From: Carcharhinus longimanus | Lineage: Eukaryota | NCBI GenBank assembly: GCA_030264375.1 | Contig: JASCQW010000160.1 | Location: forward strand, 16,410,061-16,474,060 | DNA: 64,000 bases | Direction of reading: 5' to 3' | Part shown: positions 37,217 to 51,480 of the stretch, piece by piece | Layout: each line of letters begins with the position of its first letter | How positions within the stretch are numbered: position 1 is the stretch's first letter | Made by a program: the position numbers and the translations under genes | The notes under the pieces: model-generated | Database searches by the model: none | What the model was told of the DNA's origin: nothing | Seen by the model: only the letters and a program-made list of their open reading frames with translations

Positions 37217-39117
37217 CTATGACAATAGAAATAAGAGAAATTCAGATTGTAGTACGAGTTTTGAAGATACCTTTGAAATCCATGTTTGTTGGTTGTGATT
37301 ATGAATTTAAGTGTAGTTAACATTTTCATCATTAGTAAATGTTATTTTTCATAGGGATCATCATTAGAACTATTTTATTTCAGCATGGCTTCTGAGGTCT
37401 GCCCTTGGTGGATCCTGGGTGAATTGGCATAGATGTAAGAGAAAAAGGTTGTGAGCATATCTTGGCGTGAGTTGGCATATGGGCTATAAAGGGCAATGGG
37501 GATGAGTAAGGGGGTCACAGATTGGCACCGCTAGCATGGTAATGAGTAGGGGCATGAAATGCATGAATTGGCATGGGTGGGGCATGGGGAAACACGTGAA
37601 GGATGGGGTGTGGGCTTTGTTGTATGAAAGGCACTAACCTTTCACAGAGACGGTGTTGGCACCTAGCACTCCTGTGGCTGCCTCCACACTATTTTCCAGG
37701 AACAAAATTTGGAACATCTGGGAATTTTCTCAACTCAGCAAAAATCCAGACCTAGCCGTTTTCTCTTGAGCAAAGTCCTAACTAATTTAATAAATATATT
37801 TAATAAATCCTAATTTATTAACAAATTAATAAAGCTTAAGCTTCAAAGTTTTGACTAAAGTTTTGCAAATTAAGTACTTGGGTAAGATGGATAAGCTTTA
37901 AGAAAAGGGCTGAAAAGCTATGCAGATTTTTTGGAACTACAGTTAGTGCTATGGAGAGTAGGGGAGGCAGAAGGCAGATTGCAAAAGGAAGCACTAAAAC
38001 AGATGCCCAGTCCCTGCCGAAGAACCAGAAACAGCAACAGAACATAGTATATTAGTAACGATAGCTAGCTTAAAGGGGTAGTCATGCTTTAATGAAAAAT
38101 CATTCAGTAAGGCTCAAGATTGTCAAACATACCTTTAAAACTTTATCACGATGAGATCAAGGAACAGGTTAATATGCTCTAAATTTAACTTTTCTGGAGT
38201 TTTAACCCCCCAAAAAATTAAAAGAACTGCTTGCGATAAAGTGGTATAGTGGTCGGTTGTTTTAAATTAATATTGCTAAATTTCCCAATTTCTTCTCAGC
38301 TTAAGGCATTAATTCCCACTGGAGCAAAGTTCCAAAAGCATCACCCAGTTCTCAGCCTAGTGGCAGGTCTGGACAACAACTAGAAATCATAGAAACCCTA
38401 CAGTGCAGAAAGAGGCCATTTGGCCCATCGAGTCTGCACCGACCACAATCCCACCCAGGCAGTTGTTAGGTTATTGAGACATCATTGCTGAATGTGTTAC
38501 CATCCTGGACAGACATCCCAATAAGTGCATTTTCCAGCAAGAATCACCAAATAGCAGTCAGCAGTAAGAATGAGAAATTATTTTCTCTCCATTAGCCAAT
38601 TTGGTCATTTGCAATACCCTACTGCCATCTTGGCTGAGATCATCTCATTCAGCATAATCTAGAAATATAATTGGGATCTTGAGGCCATGCCCTAATGTGT
38701 TTGGGTGACGTAGCTGGGAAGGTGAAGACATTTAGTTGTATACATTAATATGCTATTTCAAATCTTCCAGGCAGTGGTTCATAACGTCATTAACTCTTAG
38801 GCATTAATAGTTTCTTAATTTGATTTGTCTGAATTGGAATAATAGTTGCAGTTAAGGCTACATTATTTATTTTAAGGATCTGGAGGTGCAGGGATGGGGT
38901 GTTGACTTTACTAAGTGAGCCACTGGAGTTAGTAACATTAAATAAAAAGGAATATATGGGTAGACAGGCAGATCACTGGAATATGGTGCCTATACTTCTA
39001 AATATCAGTATTTTCATTGCATTTTTTTATTTCAAAAAGACATGCAATATTTCAGTTTTTTTAAAAAAAATTGCTGAATGAGATTGTAAATTGAAAATGC
39101 TGGAATTATTCACATAC

Positions 39118-39274
39118 TGAGGCAGGAGCCTCACTGCTCCCTGTGGAGGTTATTGTGCTGTTCGTGACTGATTTCTTTTGCATCTGTGGACTGGCATCCG
39201 TTTTTACTTCTATGCTGCTTTTAGATGTGTTATCATTCACCTCTACTTCTTCCACTGGGATTTCTTCACAGAAC
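39118..39274 (-). CDS. GRAMD1B: GRAMD1B exon, Ser/Thr-rich linker: FCEEIPVEEVEVNDNTSKSSIEVKTDASPQMQKKSVTNSTITSTGSSEAPAS
   Basis: gtag|G...TCA|gtatgt; 157 nt, phase 2-0; open frame colinear with recalled human YCEEIPVEE...SSEAPVS. Confidence 0.94.
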
Positions 39275-39915
39275 CTACCAGAAATAGAATAACCCCGTTA
39301 CATATGACAATAACATACTGGCAAATATTTCACAAGGCAGACAATGAAAAGCTCTGTGTTCTTGTCTGTGATATTTGTTAAGAGTCTTTCATCCATTAAA
39401 TTCTTCAGATGGAAACAGAGGAAGAGAACCTCAATTTCTGATCTTCATTATCCCATTTTAAATAAATGCATTAATGTTGCCATAAAATAAGGCAAATTGA
39501 AAAATCTATGCTGGGAAGTCTGTTTATTCTGAAGTTGATTCATAAGTACCATGTAGTATTTCTTCGGTATTACTCTCATTTTCTGAAGTATACTTCTTTA
39601 ATATTCATAAAATGACCGCATAGCATTTGAGTTTTCAATTATAATTCATTCTGCAAATTCCTCAGAAATCCTTTTCCCCCAACCGTCTCAAGTCACTAAT
39701 TCTCCTCTCACTAATTAATCTTCAAACAAAATGGTTCCCATTGAGTGTAATTACCAGAGATCTACCTTGTCTGATCTTGTGTATGATTCTGATGCTCATT
39801 CTCTGACAGATAATGTTCCTAATAGCACTGCGATGTGTCTACAACATATGGACTGCAGTGCTGCAAGAAAACAGTAGATCATCACTTTCTCAAGGGTATG
39901 ACTGAAAAACATGTG

Positions 39916-40762
39916 TGACATTCGTGTACTTTTAAGAATTTTTTTTAAATCGTGTTCTCTAAACAAATTACCTGTTTTGATTTCATTGCTGTTGGGCTGT
40001 CTGCTAGAAGTCTTTTTATTGCTCCTTCAGTGGTTTAAACAGGGTTGTTAATATTTACTCTGGGATCTTTTATGATCCTGCACTGTTAGGAGGAAGGTCA
40101 TGTGTTTTAGACAGTTCTTTTCTTAATGAATTTAAGGTTTCATTTTCTGTTTTGGCTGGCTGCAGTTTTAGAAGGGACATCAAAGCTCTCTCTCATCCTG
40201 GTTTTGGAAAATTCTATTGGTTCACTGAAAGCAAGGCTTCTTGCCTTCCTGGAGTAGAACATCTGCTGTTGGTGGCTTGACCAGAGAGTCTCCCTGGTGT
40301 TCTGGGAAACTGCTCTCACTTCAACTTGTTCTGAAAGTGTCCAGAGGACTGGTAGAAGTTACAAGGCTAAGAAGTCAGGATTTTCAATTCTCCAACCAAA
40401 GGACTCAATTCTAGCATCATGTGAGCAGTAGTCTTTGCTGTGCTAAACCTGTGGAAAGGGTTTTTTTGTCTTTGGGAAGTTTTTGTTTGATTGGAACATT
40501 TTAGATATATTTGTTAAGGGTTATACATTATCATTGTTGATTTGTTTCTGTCTGAATTAATAAAGGTTATTTCTAATTTTCTTCCTATACATGTTAACTA
40601 TATTCTTAAATAAACTCTATTTGATAAAAGCTCCCTAGTGGGTCATCTGAATCATATCTGAAGTGAAACATACCATGCTTATCCTATCCAACTTCAAAGC
40701 AAAAATTATGATCCAGGCAGGCTTCATAAAACACTTTGGAGTTTCTGACCTGGATTATAACT
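39916..40762 (+). mobile_element. Solo LTR (~850 bp) with 4-bp TSD TGTG
   Basis: tgtg|TGacatt...ggattataaCT|tgtg; internal aataaa at ~40609; inserted in a SINE. Confidence 0.65.
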
Positions 40763-41712
40763 TGTGCTGATTAGGTGTGTTGACCGTGCTAAATTCTCCC
40801 TCAGAGTACCTGAACAGTTGCTGGGGTGTGGCAACTAGGGGATTTTCACAGTAACTTCATTGCAGTGTTAATGAAAGCCTACTAGTGACACTAAATGAAC
40901 TTTTAACTTAAGGATGGGCCATACATACTAGCCTAGCCAGCAACATCCATATCCCCTGAACAACTGAAAGAGATAAAGCTAGATGTTGAGCTGAGAGAAG
41001 CTCTGCACTTTTATTGAGATTGATGAACAATTAAGAGGCACAGATTTACAAAATATACTTGGAATTAACAATGTTTTAAACTTTAATACTCAAAATGTAA
41101 GCCTTTGCCAGAATCCAAAGATAGGAATAAATGTTCATTATGTAATTGAAAGCATATAAATATATATATATTGATTGATTTGATAGGCCTTGAAATGTCC
41201 AACGTATGTAATGACAATCTTATTTTTAATTCCATGGGTAAGTCAATCTACAGAACCTGTGTATTTGTAAGCTATGTACATTCACCTTTTCTCCACCTCC
41301 CAGTAAAATGTTCACTGGACTGTCCCTATACTAAAATGTCCATATGACACAAAACAACGTTGATTTATGTGGTGTTTAAGTTGTGTTCCAATTGTTGTCA
41401 AACTCCCTGTTTGCTACATTGATTTAGCACTCTTCAGGTTAGAAAAATATTCCTCAAGGAGTCTTCCCCTTGAGGGAGTACCCCACCCTCTGGTGCGATC
41501 ACTCACTCTCAGTTTTCATTGGCCCCTCAAATCAGGTGACTCACTTCTTCTGTACTGTCTTAAAGAGACAGTCACCACCCACACAACAGAAGTGGTGTCG
41601 TATAATTATTCAGCAGTCTCTACCCCTTCAATGTTCCATCAGCCGTGCTGGCTTTACATCAAGGTGAACCAAGATAAGAAGCTTTGTTTAAAGGAAAAAA
41701 AAAAAACCTCAC

Positions 41713-41828
41713 CCCATAGTGTTGAAGTCATCATCTGGAGGAACATAATCTTCATCATCACTGGTTAGACCAAGTTCATTCCCATAACACTGATGAACAA
41801 AGTGCCACAGCTCTTTGGGACAAAGAGG
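41713..41828 (-). CDS. GRAMD1B: GRAMD1B exon: PLCPKELWHFVHQCYGNELGLTSDDEDYVPPDDDFNTM(G)
   Basis: gcag|CCT...ATGGG|gtgagg; 116 nt, phase 0-2; in ORF 41709..41921. Confidence 0.96.
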
Positions 41829-43186
41829 CTGCAAATATACCAATGCAGTATCAGATATGAATCCCAATTCACAAACAATGGACAGCAAAAAATAATTGTT
41901 CTTAATTCTACTGCCAGTCATTTACATGACAATTACACTGGCTGTATGAACAAGTTTATCTGTCAAAATGTCTTAAATGCATTAAAAATATATCAATAAT
42001 CATCGCACCCACACAGTGCAGATGGAAGACAATTGCCCCAACAAGTCTGCACTGACCCTCCGAAACAGCATCCCATCCAAGCCAAACCCCCTCAACCCCA
42101 CTTATTTACTATGGATAGCTCATCCAATTGCACATCTTTGAACACGAAGGGGCAATTTACCGTGACTAATCCACCTACCCTGTGCATCTTTCCACATTTT
42201 GCAAAAATGTATAAGGTTAATTTCTCACTTACATGCTTACCATAAGTCACTGATAGGTTTGAAATATCAGCTTTGCTAAACGATATGTATTTTATCCCAT
42301 ATTAATAGCTGGGGCAGAAAAAAGTGGTATTCTCATGCGGGGAGGTGGGGTATAGAAATTCAAATCTAATACCAACAAGATGTTAAAAATCTATAGCCAT
42401 ATACTGCCAATTCTGTTTCTTATTATAAATTCCCATGTGCATTTTTATAATGAAAACCTATCACCTTTCCCTCCACCCTAACTGGAGAATCTACAATGCC
42501 AGAAGTTCATCTGAATTGTGCCACTAGAAATTCTTACACTGACATTCATGATGCAGTATAAAAGTAAGGATAGGACGTATAAATTCTAAAGTGAGAACTA
42601 AAATTAGCCACCACTTTATAACAATGATGTGAGCCCAACTTTAACTGTGTCAATGAATGGATTTTGAGTGAGTTAAAATTTTGCCCTTTATCTTGACTCA
42701 CACAATGCAACCCAGTGATAACTTGACTATGTTTTTAATTTTCTTTTAGGTTTATCTCCCTATTTTCCCTAGGTTACTTGCAAATGTTGCACTAAGGAAC
42801 AATTAGGAATTTCATTTCGTGAACTGGGAATGACTGTTCGTTTTCTTGGTGATTGCTTCTGAACTCTGACCTTAAAGCGATTTAACAATAAAGGAAGATA
42901 TGCAGAGAGAAATCAAAGCCGAGACATTCCTACCACTCCACATTGATGTTTTGGCTGGATCTTCTGCCCCCACCTGATGTACGTAGCATTTTACAACGCT
43001 GTCCCGCTGCCTCGGACCCTATCACGTGGTCATCTTTGGCAGGACTCGAATGTCCTGCTAGCAGGACGGGTCGGAAAATCCCACCCAAATTCTGCATGAG
43101 AGATTATCTTCCTAATCTGGCATGCTGCACTATCCAATGTTATTTCTTTATAGGGAATTTGATTTTCAATCGTTTTTCATCATTAC

Positions 43187-43267
43187 CTTTTCAAGCAGTG
43201 CATTTTGCCAGAGTCTGAACATCATCATGTAGGTTCTGTCCCGGGCTCCAAATGAAGTAAAAAAGTG
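43187..43267 (-). CDS. GRAMD1B: GRAMD1B exon, end of GRAM domain: HFFTSFGARDRTYMMMFRLWQNALLEK
   Basis: gtag|CAC...AAG|gtaatg; 81 nt, phase 0-0. Confidence 0.96.
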
Positions 43268-45430
43268 CTACGAATAAATAATAAATTCAAACCACTGGCC
43301 ACACAAAGCAAGTCACAAATTTCAACCACTAAGTGATGCAATAGCAAACACAAACAACAGAGCAGTTAAGAAGTGCTAGAACAATAACATTTCTGAATAT
43401 AATTCCCAAGTATTTAAAAACTATCACTGATTGAGTGCTACATAAACATCACCAGCACAAGTGAAATGGATCTACTGGATCACAAAGTTATGGCTGATTT
43501 TACTGTCACTTACTATCCATACATCCATGAGAAAACGCACAAGTAAACCAGTTACAAAAGTTAATCGGTACATCTTACATCAGGCTTCAAAGTTCAATTT
43601 GTAAGAGGTTGGGCTTCTCCTCTCAGTGTAGTGCACACAAGGATCGAATTTCAGTCCACTCTCTGAGTGGAACTTCAATTCAGTTTGTGGATTGCAGAGT
43701 GATACCGCAGAGAACATAGAACATAGAACATACAGCGCGGAACAGGCCCTTCGGCCCACAATGTTGCGCCAGCCAGTCTTGTTTTTTNNNNNNNNNNNNN
43801 NNNNNNNNNNNNNNNNNNNNNNNNNNNNNNNNNNNNNNNNNNNNNNNNNNNNNNNNNNNNNNNNNNNNNNNNNNNNNNNNNNNNNNNACACATACACCTA
43901 GATCCCTCTGCTCCTCCACTCTATTCAAAGTCCTCCCGTTAGCCCTATACTCAACACATCTGTTGAGAGGGAGTTTGTCTTGTTTAAAAAAAATGAAACC
44001 TGCAGATATTGCTACTGCAGCACCAGACATGTTTTGTGTAATGTTAAAGGGGCAGAGGTGCCCCTGAGATTGTAGAAGATACTCCACCAAAGTCTTTAAT
44101 CAACTACATGACCTCAGGAGATGAGGCTGTCTCCCAAGTCTTTCTGCCTGCTTTCCCATGATGGTCTTGGGAACTAGTGGCAATATGAGAGAATGGGGGA
44201 AACACAAAAACCTGTGTCTGAGTCCTTTCCATGTCTTGCACCAAACGGCATCTCACCCACCAGCACCACCATTTAATATGGCAGAAGGAGAAACCTAGCT
44301 GAGTGGTGAAGAGAAGTGTCTCCCAACAGCACAATAGTGATAGGCCTTAAATCTTCTCTTATTTTTTACTGCTATCCTGCATAATGTCAAGTGGAATATG
44401 AGAGGAAAGTGCAACCTATTGTTAGGATAATGATTATCAGTTGTAAGACAAAGTATGATGTATATTTGGTCCAGCCTGGACGTGGAAGAACAAATTCATG
44501 TTCAGCCTGGGCATGGAAGAATGAAGTACATCCCTTGGCACATACAGTCGACTCACCTTCATTCAAAGTTGCTTAATTCAAATTATCTGAAAATGTATTT
44601 TTCTAGCACCGAATTCCCACTTTGCCCTTTATGTTGGTCAATTCAAATTTTTGGATATTTTGTATCCTTGATTAGTTGACCACGTATAGTTTGTTTCCAT
44701 CTCACTTTTATCACTAGACGGCAACATTTCCTAAAAATGTTATTGTTTTGAGCAACCAGTGCTTTTGATGTGTGTCGCCATTTTTTTTTTGCATAACCAT
44801 GCATGCACGGTATTTATCATGGAACAAGACCCGCCTAATACTTGCAAGGCCGCTGCTTGCCCACATGCATTTGGGAGCATTGTTGACCAAGCAAAATAGT
44901 ATCATATTTTATCTGTGGCAAAGGCAATGTGATTTCACAGTTGTTATATTGGTTAATCTTTAATGATTTATTTTCTCTGTTTCAACGGCCAAGCTACTTA
45001 TAACTCAACTGAAACCATTTGAATAAGGGGTGATTTCATCAGCAAGTGTAAACAAGGCAGAAAGCCAACTGATACTTGTGTTTTTAGCACTGATGAAATA
45101 TTAGATTGCTCTATGCCGAAATGGACAAAAAAAATCTAAACTGATGCAAATACAAGATGTGCATTTCAGTTTCAGGTCAATTCAGGAAAACCCATCTCAT
45201 TGGCTTTTCATCAAACCAAATTTAATGCTTTCCATAAGCATTGCCTTGGATTTTCTGGTCCCCTCCCAACTGAAGTCAATAGACTTTGGCAGGTCAAATT
45301 TTCCACCCTGTGTGCAATGATTTCCATTACAGGTGGGGCTAGGAAATCCTGGCCATTATGCTAAACCCTTTATTATAGGATGACTAGTTTTCCTGAAGAT
45401 GACTTGTACGAAACACCAACTGTACTTTAC

Positions 45431-45526
45431 CTTTTCAGTGTCAGTGCAAACTTGGACAGCATTGGGAATGAGGCGGGCTGTTTTCTCCTTTGTCATCGAG
45501 CAAACATCCTTGAGACGTACAGTGAG
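45431..45526 (-). CDS. GRAMD1B: GRAMD1B exon, GRAM domain: LTVRLKDVCSMTKEKTARLIPNAVQVCTDTEK
   Basis: ctag|CTC...AAG|gtaaag; 96 nt, phase 0-0; contains basic KEKTAR motif. Confidence 0.96.
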
Positions 45527-47519
45527 CTAGACCACACAAAAATTTATAAATCAAAAGATTGCCAACAAAATACAGTCCATTTTAAATAGTCAAAGAGCGT
45601 ATCCTATTTATAGAAATAAGTTTGTGGTTCCTTTTCAACCGGTTGGAATTTGCACATTTTAAATGGACATTTGGCACTTGGGAAATGTGTGTTAGAAGGC
45701 ACATTGCCAGACACAGAAGCGATTTTGTGCATAATTAGAATATCTTTAACGCACTAGGGATATGACTTTTTTGGAAATAATTAAGTTGGAAATGAATTAT
45801 ACAGTCCTCCCAAAAAATTTTCATAGTTATCGTTACTACAGTAGAATGCTTTAGTCAAATAGATGTCTTACTGGACAGGTGTTAACTTATCTGCAGCAAC
45901 AGAAAATAATCCCATCAGCCACTTTTCCACTCACTGTTCAAGTTACTGCTGGCTGCTCCAACAGTTAGATTCCATTAAAATCCAAAATAAAAGCAGCAGC
46001 ATTCTTAAAGAAATCTTGAAAATGCCTGACTTCTAACTTGGCTGCAACAAAAATATCATCTGGAAAATATTGGAAGACAAATATGTGGACATGATGCAAC
46101 AAATTGGACAAGTGGCTAAATACTGTGGGGACATTTCATGAGAGTTAGGGTTCCATTTATTCGTGGCATGAGTGTGATAAAGTCCAGTGATGTCAATTTT
46201 CTTTCGCAACAAATAACAAAATTAACAGCAAAAAATGCTGTCGAAGATTACATCCTAACTGCTTTAACTGCTGTGGAATTGTAATTCTAATCCTTGCTAA
46301 TTACAGGCATTGAGGGAAAGAAATATCTCTATATTTTGTTCCATAGTGCACATAGGAATTTTCATCTTTTCATTTAAATATGTTAAAGTTGGCAAAAGAG
46401 AGATTAAGACAACAGCTGACCTTTCTATCTTGTTCGTATCACAAAATGATCAAATAATTTCTGTAAACTGCTGAATCTATCACCATCTTTAATATATAAA
46501 ATAACACAATACCCATTCAGTACAGTTTAGCATAATTCCAAACACTGAAATGTGACCGTGATACTCACTATTTATTTTATTTGTGTTTAATGAATTTGAA
46601 ACAATTTCATTTAAACATGTAAATTTTAAAAATGCTTGTTTAAACAGTGAAGGTTGACGACTGCTCTGGAAATTGGCTTGGATGAGTCACGAGTCTGAAC
46701 GTTCCATGTTTACACACAATCAATACTAAAATACTTTAATTTGAGGGCTTATGCTTCAGTTGTAAAGAATGATTCAGCTCTCCTGCAATCAAGCTTCAGG
46801 CTTGCCCTCAGCATGGCCGATATGATCTTGATGCTCTGAACGATGTTCTTGTATGTCATACTGACTCTGACAATTGTGCACTCAGAAAATGTACAAAGTA
46901 AAGCAAACAAATCTCAACTTTAATATTAATAATAATTCAGATTGATTTCTACAAGTCATCCTAATTGTTAGACTCCTTGTTGGCTATGTTTGCTAAAGCA
47001 ATTTTGTTTTAATTTGAAAAGAAAAATGGACTTTGTGTTTTAAAAAGGTCAACTTGCTGAACTGTAGATTGTTAAAGATTATTTTAGGGTGGCCTGATGG
47101 TCACAAAGCACAGAGAGGTGAATGAAAGTTTGCATATATGGGTTTCAGCAGGGTGAACGCCCCAGCTTGATTGAGTCATGATTACAACATGAGAGGTAGA
47201 AGTCCAATCGATGCCCATAGGTAAAAAAAAAATCAGTCACTGCAGGCTGCAGTAACGCACCATGATGTACTTGCTTACAACGCAACAGCCCCAAGAACTG
47301 AGTGTGATTATCTTCTGTCCTGTACTTGGAATGTAAAAAGCAAAATAGTGAAAAAAATAAAGCTATACCGCAAAATTAGAACTCAACCTAATTTTTTGGC
47401 CAAAACTCCTTTAACGTGCAGAAAATTCTTTGTAAAGGTAATGTCTGTTGTGAGGTATTCCATAGGAAAATAATTTTACTTAAAACTCCATGCTTGCATT
47501 GATGAAACAGTAAAGATTG

Positions 47520-47874
47520 GGGTGGCATGGTGGCACAGTGGTTAATAATGCTGCCTCATAGCGCCAGGGATCAAAATTTAATTTTGGCCTTGGGTGGCTG
47601 TGTGGAGTTTCCAATATTTTCCAGATGATATTTTTGTTGCAGCCAAGTTGGAAGCACTGTGTCTGCATGGTTTCCTCTGGGTGCTCTAGTTTCTTCCCAC
47701 AGTCCAAAGATGTGCGGGTTAGATGGGTTGGCCATGTTAAATTGCTCCTTAGTGTCGGGGATTGGCTAGGGTAAATGCATGGGGTTGTGTATATGGGACC
47801 TGGGTGGGATTATGGTAGGTACAGGCTCAATGGGCCAAATGGCCTCTTTTTGCACTGTAGGATTCTATGATTCT
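47520..47874 (+). mobile_element. HE1-like SINE
   Basis: ggcatggtggcacagtggtt...cagtccaaagatgtgcgggttag...ggattctatgattcta. Confidence 0.85.
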
Positions 47875-47875
47875 A

Positions 47876-48020
47876 ATCTGAGGATCACCACGCCTCAGCT
47901 GAGGGGCAAGGTTGGAAATGCGGGCCTTTGTGAATAATCTCAGCCAGGACGGAATTATACCTGTGCTTTTGACATTACTTTGCATCATTAGCCAGCTGTG
48001 CAGCCAACTCAGCTAAACCG
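47876..48020 (-). mobile_element. tRNA-derived SINE head (third family; relatives at 18020-18078 and 53590-53700)
   Basis: Minus strand reads cggtttagctgagttggctg...; shared gaggatcaccac(g/a)cctcag segment. Confidence 0.55.
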
Positions 48021-48596
48021 ATCTATCAAATGTGATCTATCCCAATAGTTTTACATCATTAATTTATGTTTCAGTAATGTGAATTCAATAATTCTATTGT
48101 TTCTTATTAATGCTGAACAAAATTCAGTTAGGAAATGAGTTTACACAATCTTCTCTGAAGTACTAACACAGCCCTACTTATGGGTTGCATAAAAATAATC
48201 ACCACTCCTCTAATACAGTCCATCAGGTCATTAATAACTCATGTAATTGGACCCTGACTCTAAACAATTTACATATATTACTGACTAAAACGAATAATTC
48301 TAAGTTGACATGTTAATTCAAGATTTTATACTGAACCAAACATAGTAATCATAGTCCCCTACTAAATAAATTTTATTTGGCAAAAATTTACTCAAATGAT
48401 TTTATAACATCTTACAATATTTTATTATGTAACAATACTGTTCATCTGACTATTCCCCAGATATTTTATAAGTTTGCCTATTGGAACATTCAATTTGTCA
48501 GCAGATACAAATCATAATTCCTTGTCTTTGCTGGGTGCACATTGTCTTCTTAAAACCAGAGAAGAATAGTAACTGTATTAGTTCAGGATGACATAC

Positions 48597-48700
48597 CAGT
48601 GTTTCCCATCTGAAGATGTTGCTATAGAAGCAGATCCAATTTTCCGAGAGGTAGAGTCGCCCTTGCAGGAGGATGTCCCTTTGCAGGGCACATGAGTAAT
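48597..48700 (-). CDS. GRAMD1B: GRAMD1B exon, GRAM domain: DYSCALQRDILLQGRLYLSENWICFYSNIFRWETL
   Basis: acag|AT...CTG|gtatgt; 104 nt, phase 1-0; seen in ORF 48498..48707; GRAM signature QGRLYLSENWICFYS. Confidence 0.97.
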
Positions 48701-49584
48701 CTGTCACATCACAACAGAAATAAAATTATAATTATTGATATGCACAAATCTGTCCACCAGAACCCAAGTGCCACCCAATGCATATTCACCAACATCTAAA
48801 GCAACATGCATTCTTTGGATCAACAGCATACCAATGTCAGCACCAGCACTGAATCTATATGGCAAACCAAGGCAGATAGGCAATTGAAGCGAGTGAACCT
48901 ACAGTCAAAACTGAGGTGAAATAACAATATAAAAATTGATTTGGCCACCCACAAAGAGTCAAAAATCCGGCTTCCAGAAACTGTTCCATGTTTTAGAAGC
49001 TGAAGGATTTTTTTTACCCTATATTCATTTTAGTCTATTATTGAAGTGGCCGCTGCACCAATAGGAGATTTAATTAACTTGTATAAAATAACGAGGAACC
49101 CAGTTAGAGTGAAAACAAAAACCATTGTTTCCTTAGAAGGGAGGTCAATAAGGGGTGTAGATTTCGGATAATTGGTGGAAGGATTAGAAGAGAGCTGAGG
49201 AACAACTTTTTTCTCTCTGAAATTGATTAGGGTCGGGAACTCACTACCTGAAAAGGATGGTAGAGGCAGAAACCTTACTATATTTTGAAAATAAATATTT
49301 AATATTCATTTGAGATACCATGACCTACAGGATATGTGGACCTACAGCTGGAAAGTGGAATCAGACTAGATAACCTTTTTTGGTTGACATGAAGAGTAGG
49401 TACTCAATGGTTTCAATGTTTTGCAGTAAATTTTATTATAGTTCTACACCATGTCTTGTTTCCAGGTTTATGAAACTCATGGCAAATCAAGCCCATTTTG
49501 AAAAATATATTAACTTCCATAGTATTGAAAGTACACCAACTGCAGTATATCCATCTGATACAAAAGCTACAGAAAGTGCTAATA

Positions 49585-49930
49585 AGAACATAAGAAATAG
49601 GAGCAGGAGTAGGCCATCTAGTCCTTCGAGCCTGCCCTGCCATTCAATAAGATCATGGCTGATNNNNNNNNNNNNNNNNNNNNNNNNNNNNNNNNNNNNN
49701 NNNNNNNNNNNNNNNNNNNNNNNNNNNNNNNNNNNNNNNNNNNNNNNNNNNNNNNNNNNNNNNCTGGTGAACCTTCTCTGTACTCCCTCCAAGGCCAATA
49801 TATCCTTTCACAAATAAGGGGACCAAAACTGCACACAGTAGTCCAGTTGCGGCCTTACCAGTGCCTTGTACAGTTGCAGCAAGACCTCCCTGCTTTTATA
49901 TTCTAACCCCCTCGCGATAAAGGCCAATAA
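49585..49930 (-). mobile_element. CR1-type LINE 3' end spanning an N gap
   Basis: ALEGVQRRFT RT C-terminal motif; aagaacataagaaataggagcaggagtaggccat tail. Confidence 0.85.
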
Positions 49931-50537
49931 GCAGCAAATGGCTCTTTCACTAAGGCAGTCACAGCAATTTTAGCTCCACCCTAACACTAAAGTTGAGGAT
50001 TGCACATCAGATATGGGAATTCAAGCCGAATCCCAATGGAGAGAGGTGAAACTCGTGCCTCCACTGATCTCAACTTACTTTGACCTACTGCTAATTTAGA
50101 TTCTGATTCTGGTTTCAGGCCATATTTATACAAGAAAAGCAATATTGGAGTAGGAGTATAGCACCTTTCACTCTCGAGTGAATTTCATATTAATCTCCTT
50201 ATAAAATGGTTTCAACTGAATCTCAGCACGTGCAAAAATTTTCCACTAGGACTTCAAATCTATTCATTTTTTCTTCTAAATTACAGCAACTATATAAACT
50301 AAAATCCAAATGGTAAGCTGTGCTGGAAGTAGTACAGTATCATTGGAGATCATATCCTTGTTTTTTCCTCTGAACAGGAAACCCAGTCTACCAATAAATC
50401 ATTCCTTTTCCATCATCTAAATGAAACTTATTTAGTATGGAAGTATTTATCTAATGATAAATGTTTAGTCTTTTCATGCAGCCAGTCTCGTTTGAAGCAT
50501 GCTTATATTACAACACCAGCAGATGCTTGTTCTTTAC

Positions 50538-50622
50538 CAACAATGAGTCGCTCCGTGTCTGGCAGCTGCTTAAAGAGCTTTCTGAAATCTTCATTTCGCT
50601 GTTTGTAGGTTGGACTCAAAAC
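50538..50622 (-). CDS. GRAMD1B: GRAMD1B coding exon (first seen in window), start of GRAM domain: VLSPTYKQRNEDFRKLFKQLPDTERLIV
   Basis: tttcag|GTT...GTTG|gtaaag; 85 nt, phase 0-1; matches recalled human GRAMD1B sequence. Confidence 0.96.
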
Positions 50623-50792
50623 CTGAAATACAAAAAAGCAAATTAAGAATTTTGATTCAAACTAATTGCTAAATTCTAGAAAGAAACCTTGTGATCATTT
50701 TACAAGTTTTTCTTTTCTGAAATTCGCATGGAATCCCTCGGCATCTAGAAATACAAGGTGGGGTTCAGTTTAAAATAATCGGCCGAGCAGGA

Positions 50793-51480
50793 ATTTTTTT
50801 TTTATTCATTCAAGGACGTGGCTTCTCTGGCAAGGCTAGAATTTATTGTCCATCTATAATTGCCCTTGAGATAATAGCGGGGTGAGTCACCTTCTTGCAC
50901 TGCTTTAGTTCATGTGGTCAAGACCCACACACAACGTTGTTCAGAAGGCCCAACAATGAGGAAGGAATGGCGACATGTGTAACTTGGAGGGAACTTGGAG
51001 GTAGTGGTCGCGTACCTGCAACCATTGCCATTCTATGTGGTAAAGGTCGTGAGTTAGAGAGATGTTGGTGAGCTGCTGCAGTGCATTTTGTAGATGATTC
51101 ACATTGCATCCACAATATGCAGGTAATGGACAAAGTGAATATTTAAGGTGGTGATGGGATGGTAAATAAATAAGCTGCTTTGTCCTGGATGGTCGTGAGC
51201 TTTGAGTCTCTTTGAAGCTGCATTTATCCTGGCCAAGTCTTCCATCACATTCCTGGTTTATGTCTATGCGGATGATGGAAATACTTGGAGCACTTAGGTA
51301 GTGAGTCACTTGGTGCAAAATACGCAGCCTCTGATGTGCTCTTGCAGTCATAGTATTTAGTGCCTGGTTAATTTCAGGTCAATTATCCCCAGGATGTGGA
51401 TGAGAATGGATTTGACAATGGTAAAGCTGCTGAGTCTCTTGGAAATGATCCTTGTCTAGCATTTGCTTTACATGCTGCCC
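50793..51480 (-). mobile_element. 3' fragment of the same LINE family as 20625-23778
   Basis: Poly-T then attcattc...aatttattgtccatctataattgcccttgag; colinear with 20641-20970. Confidence 0.75.
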
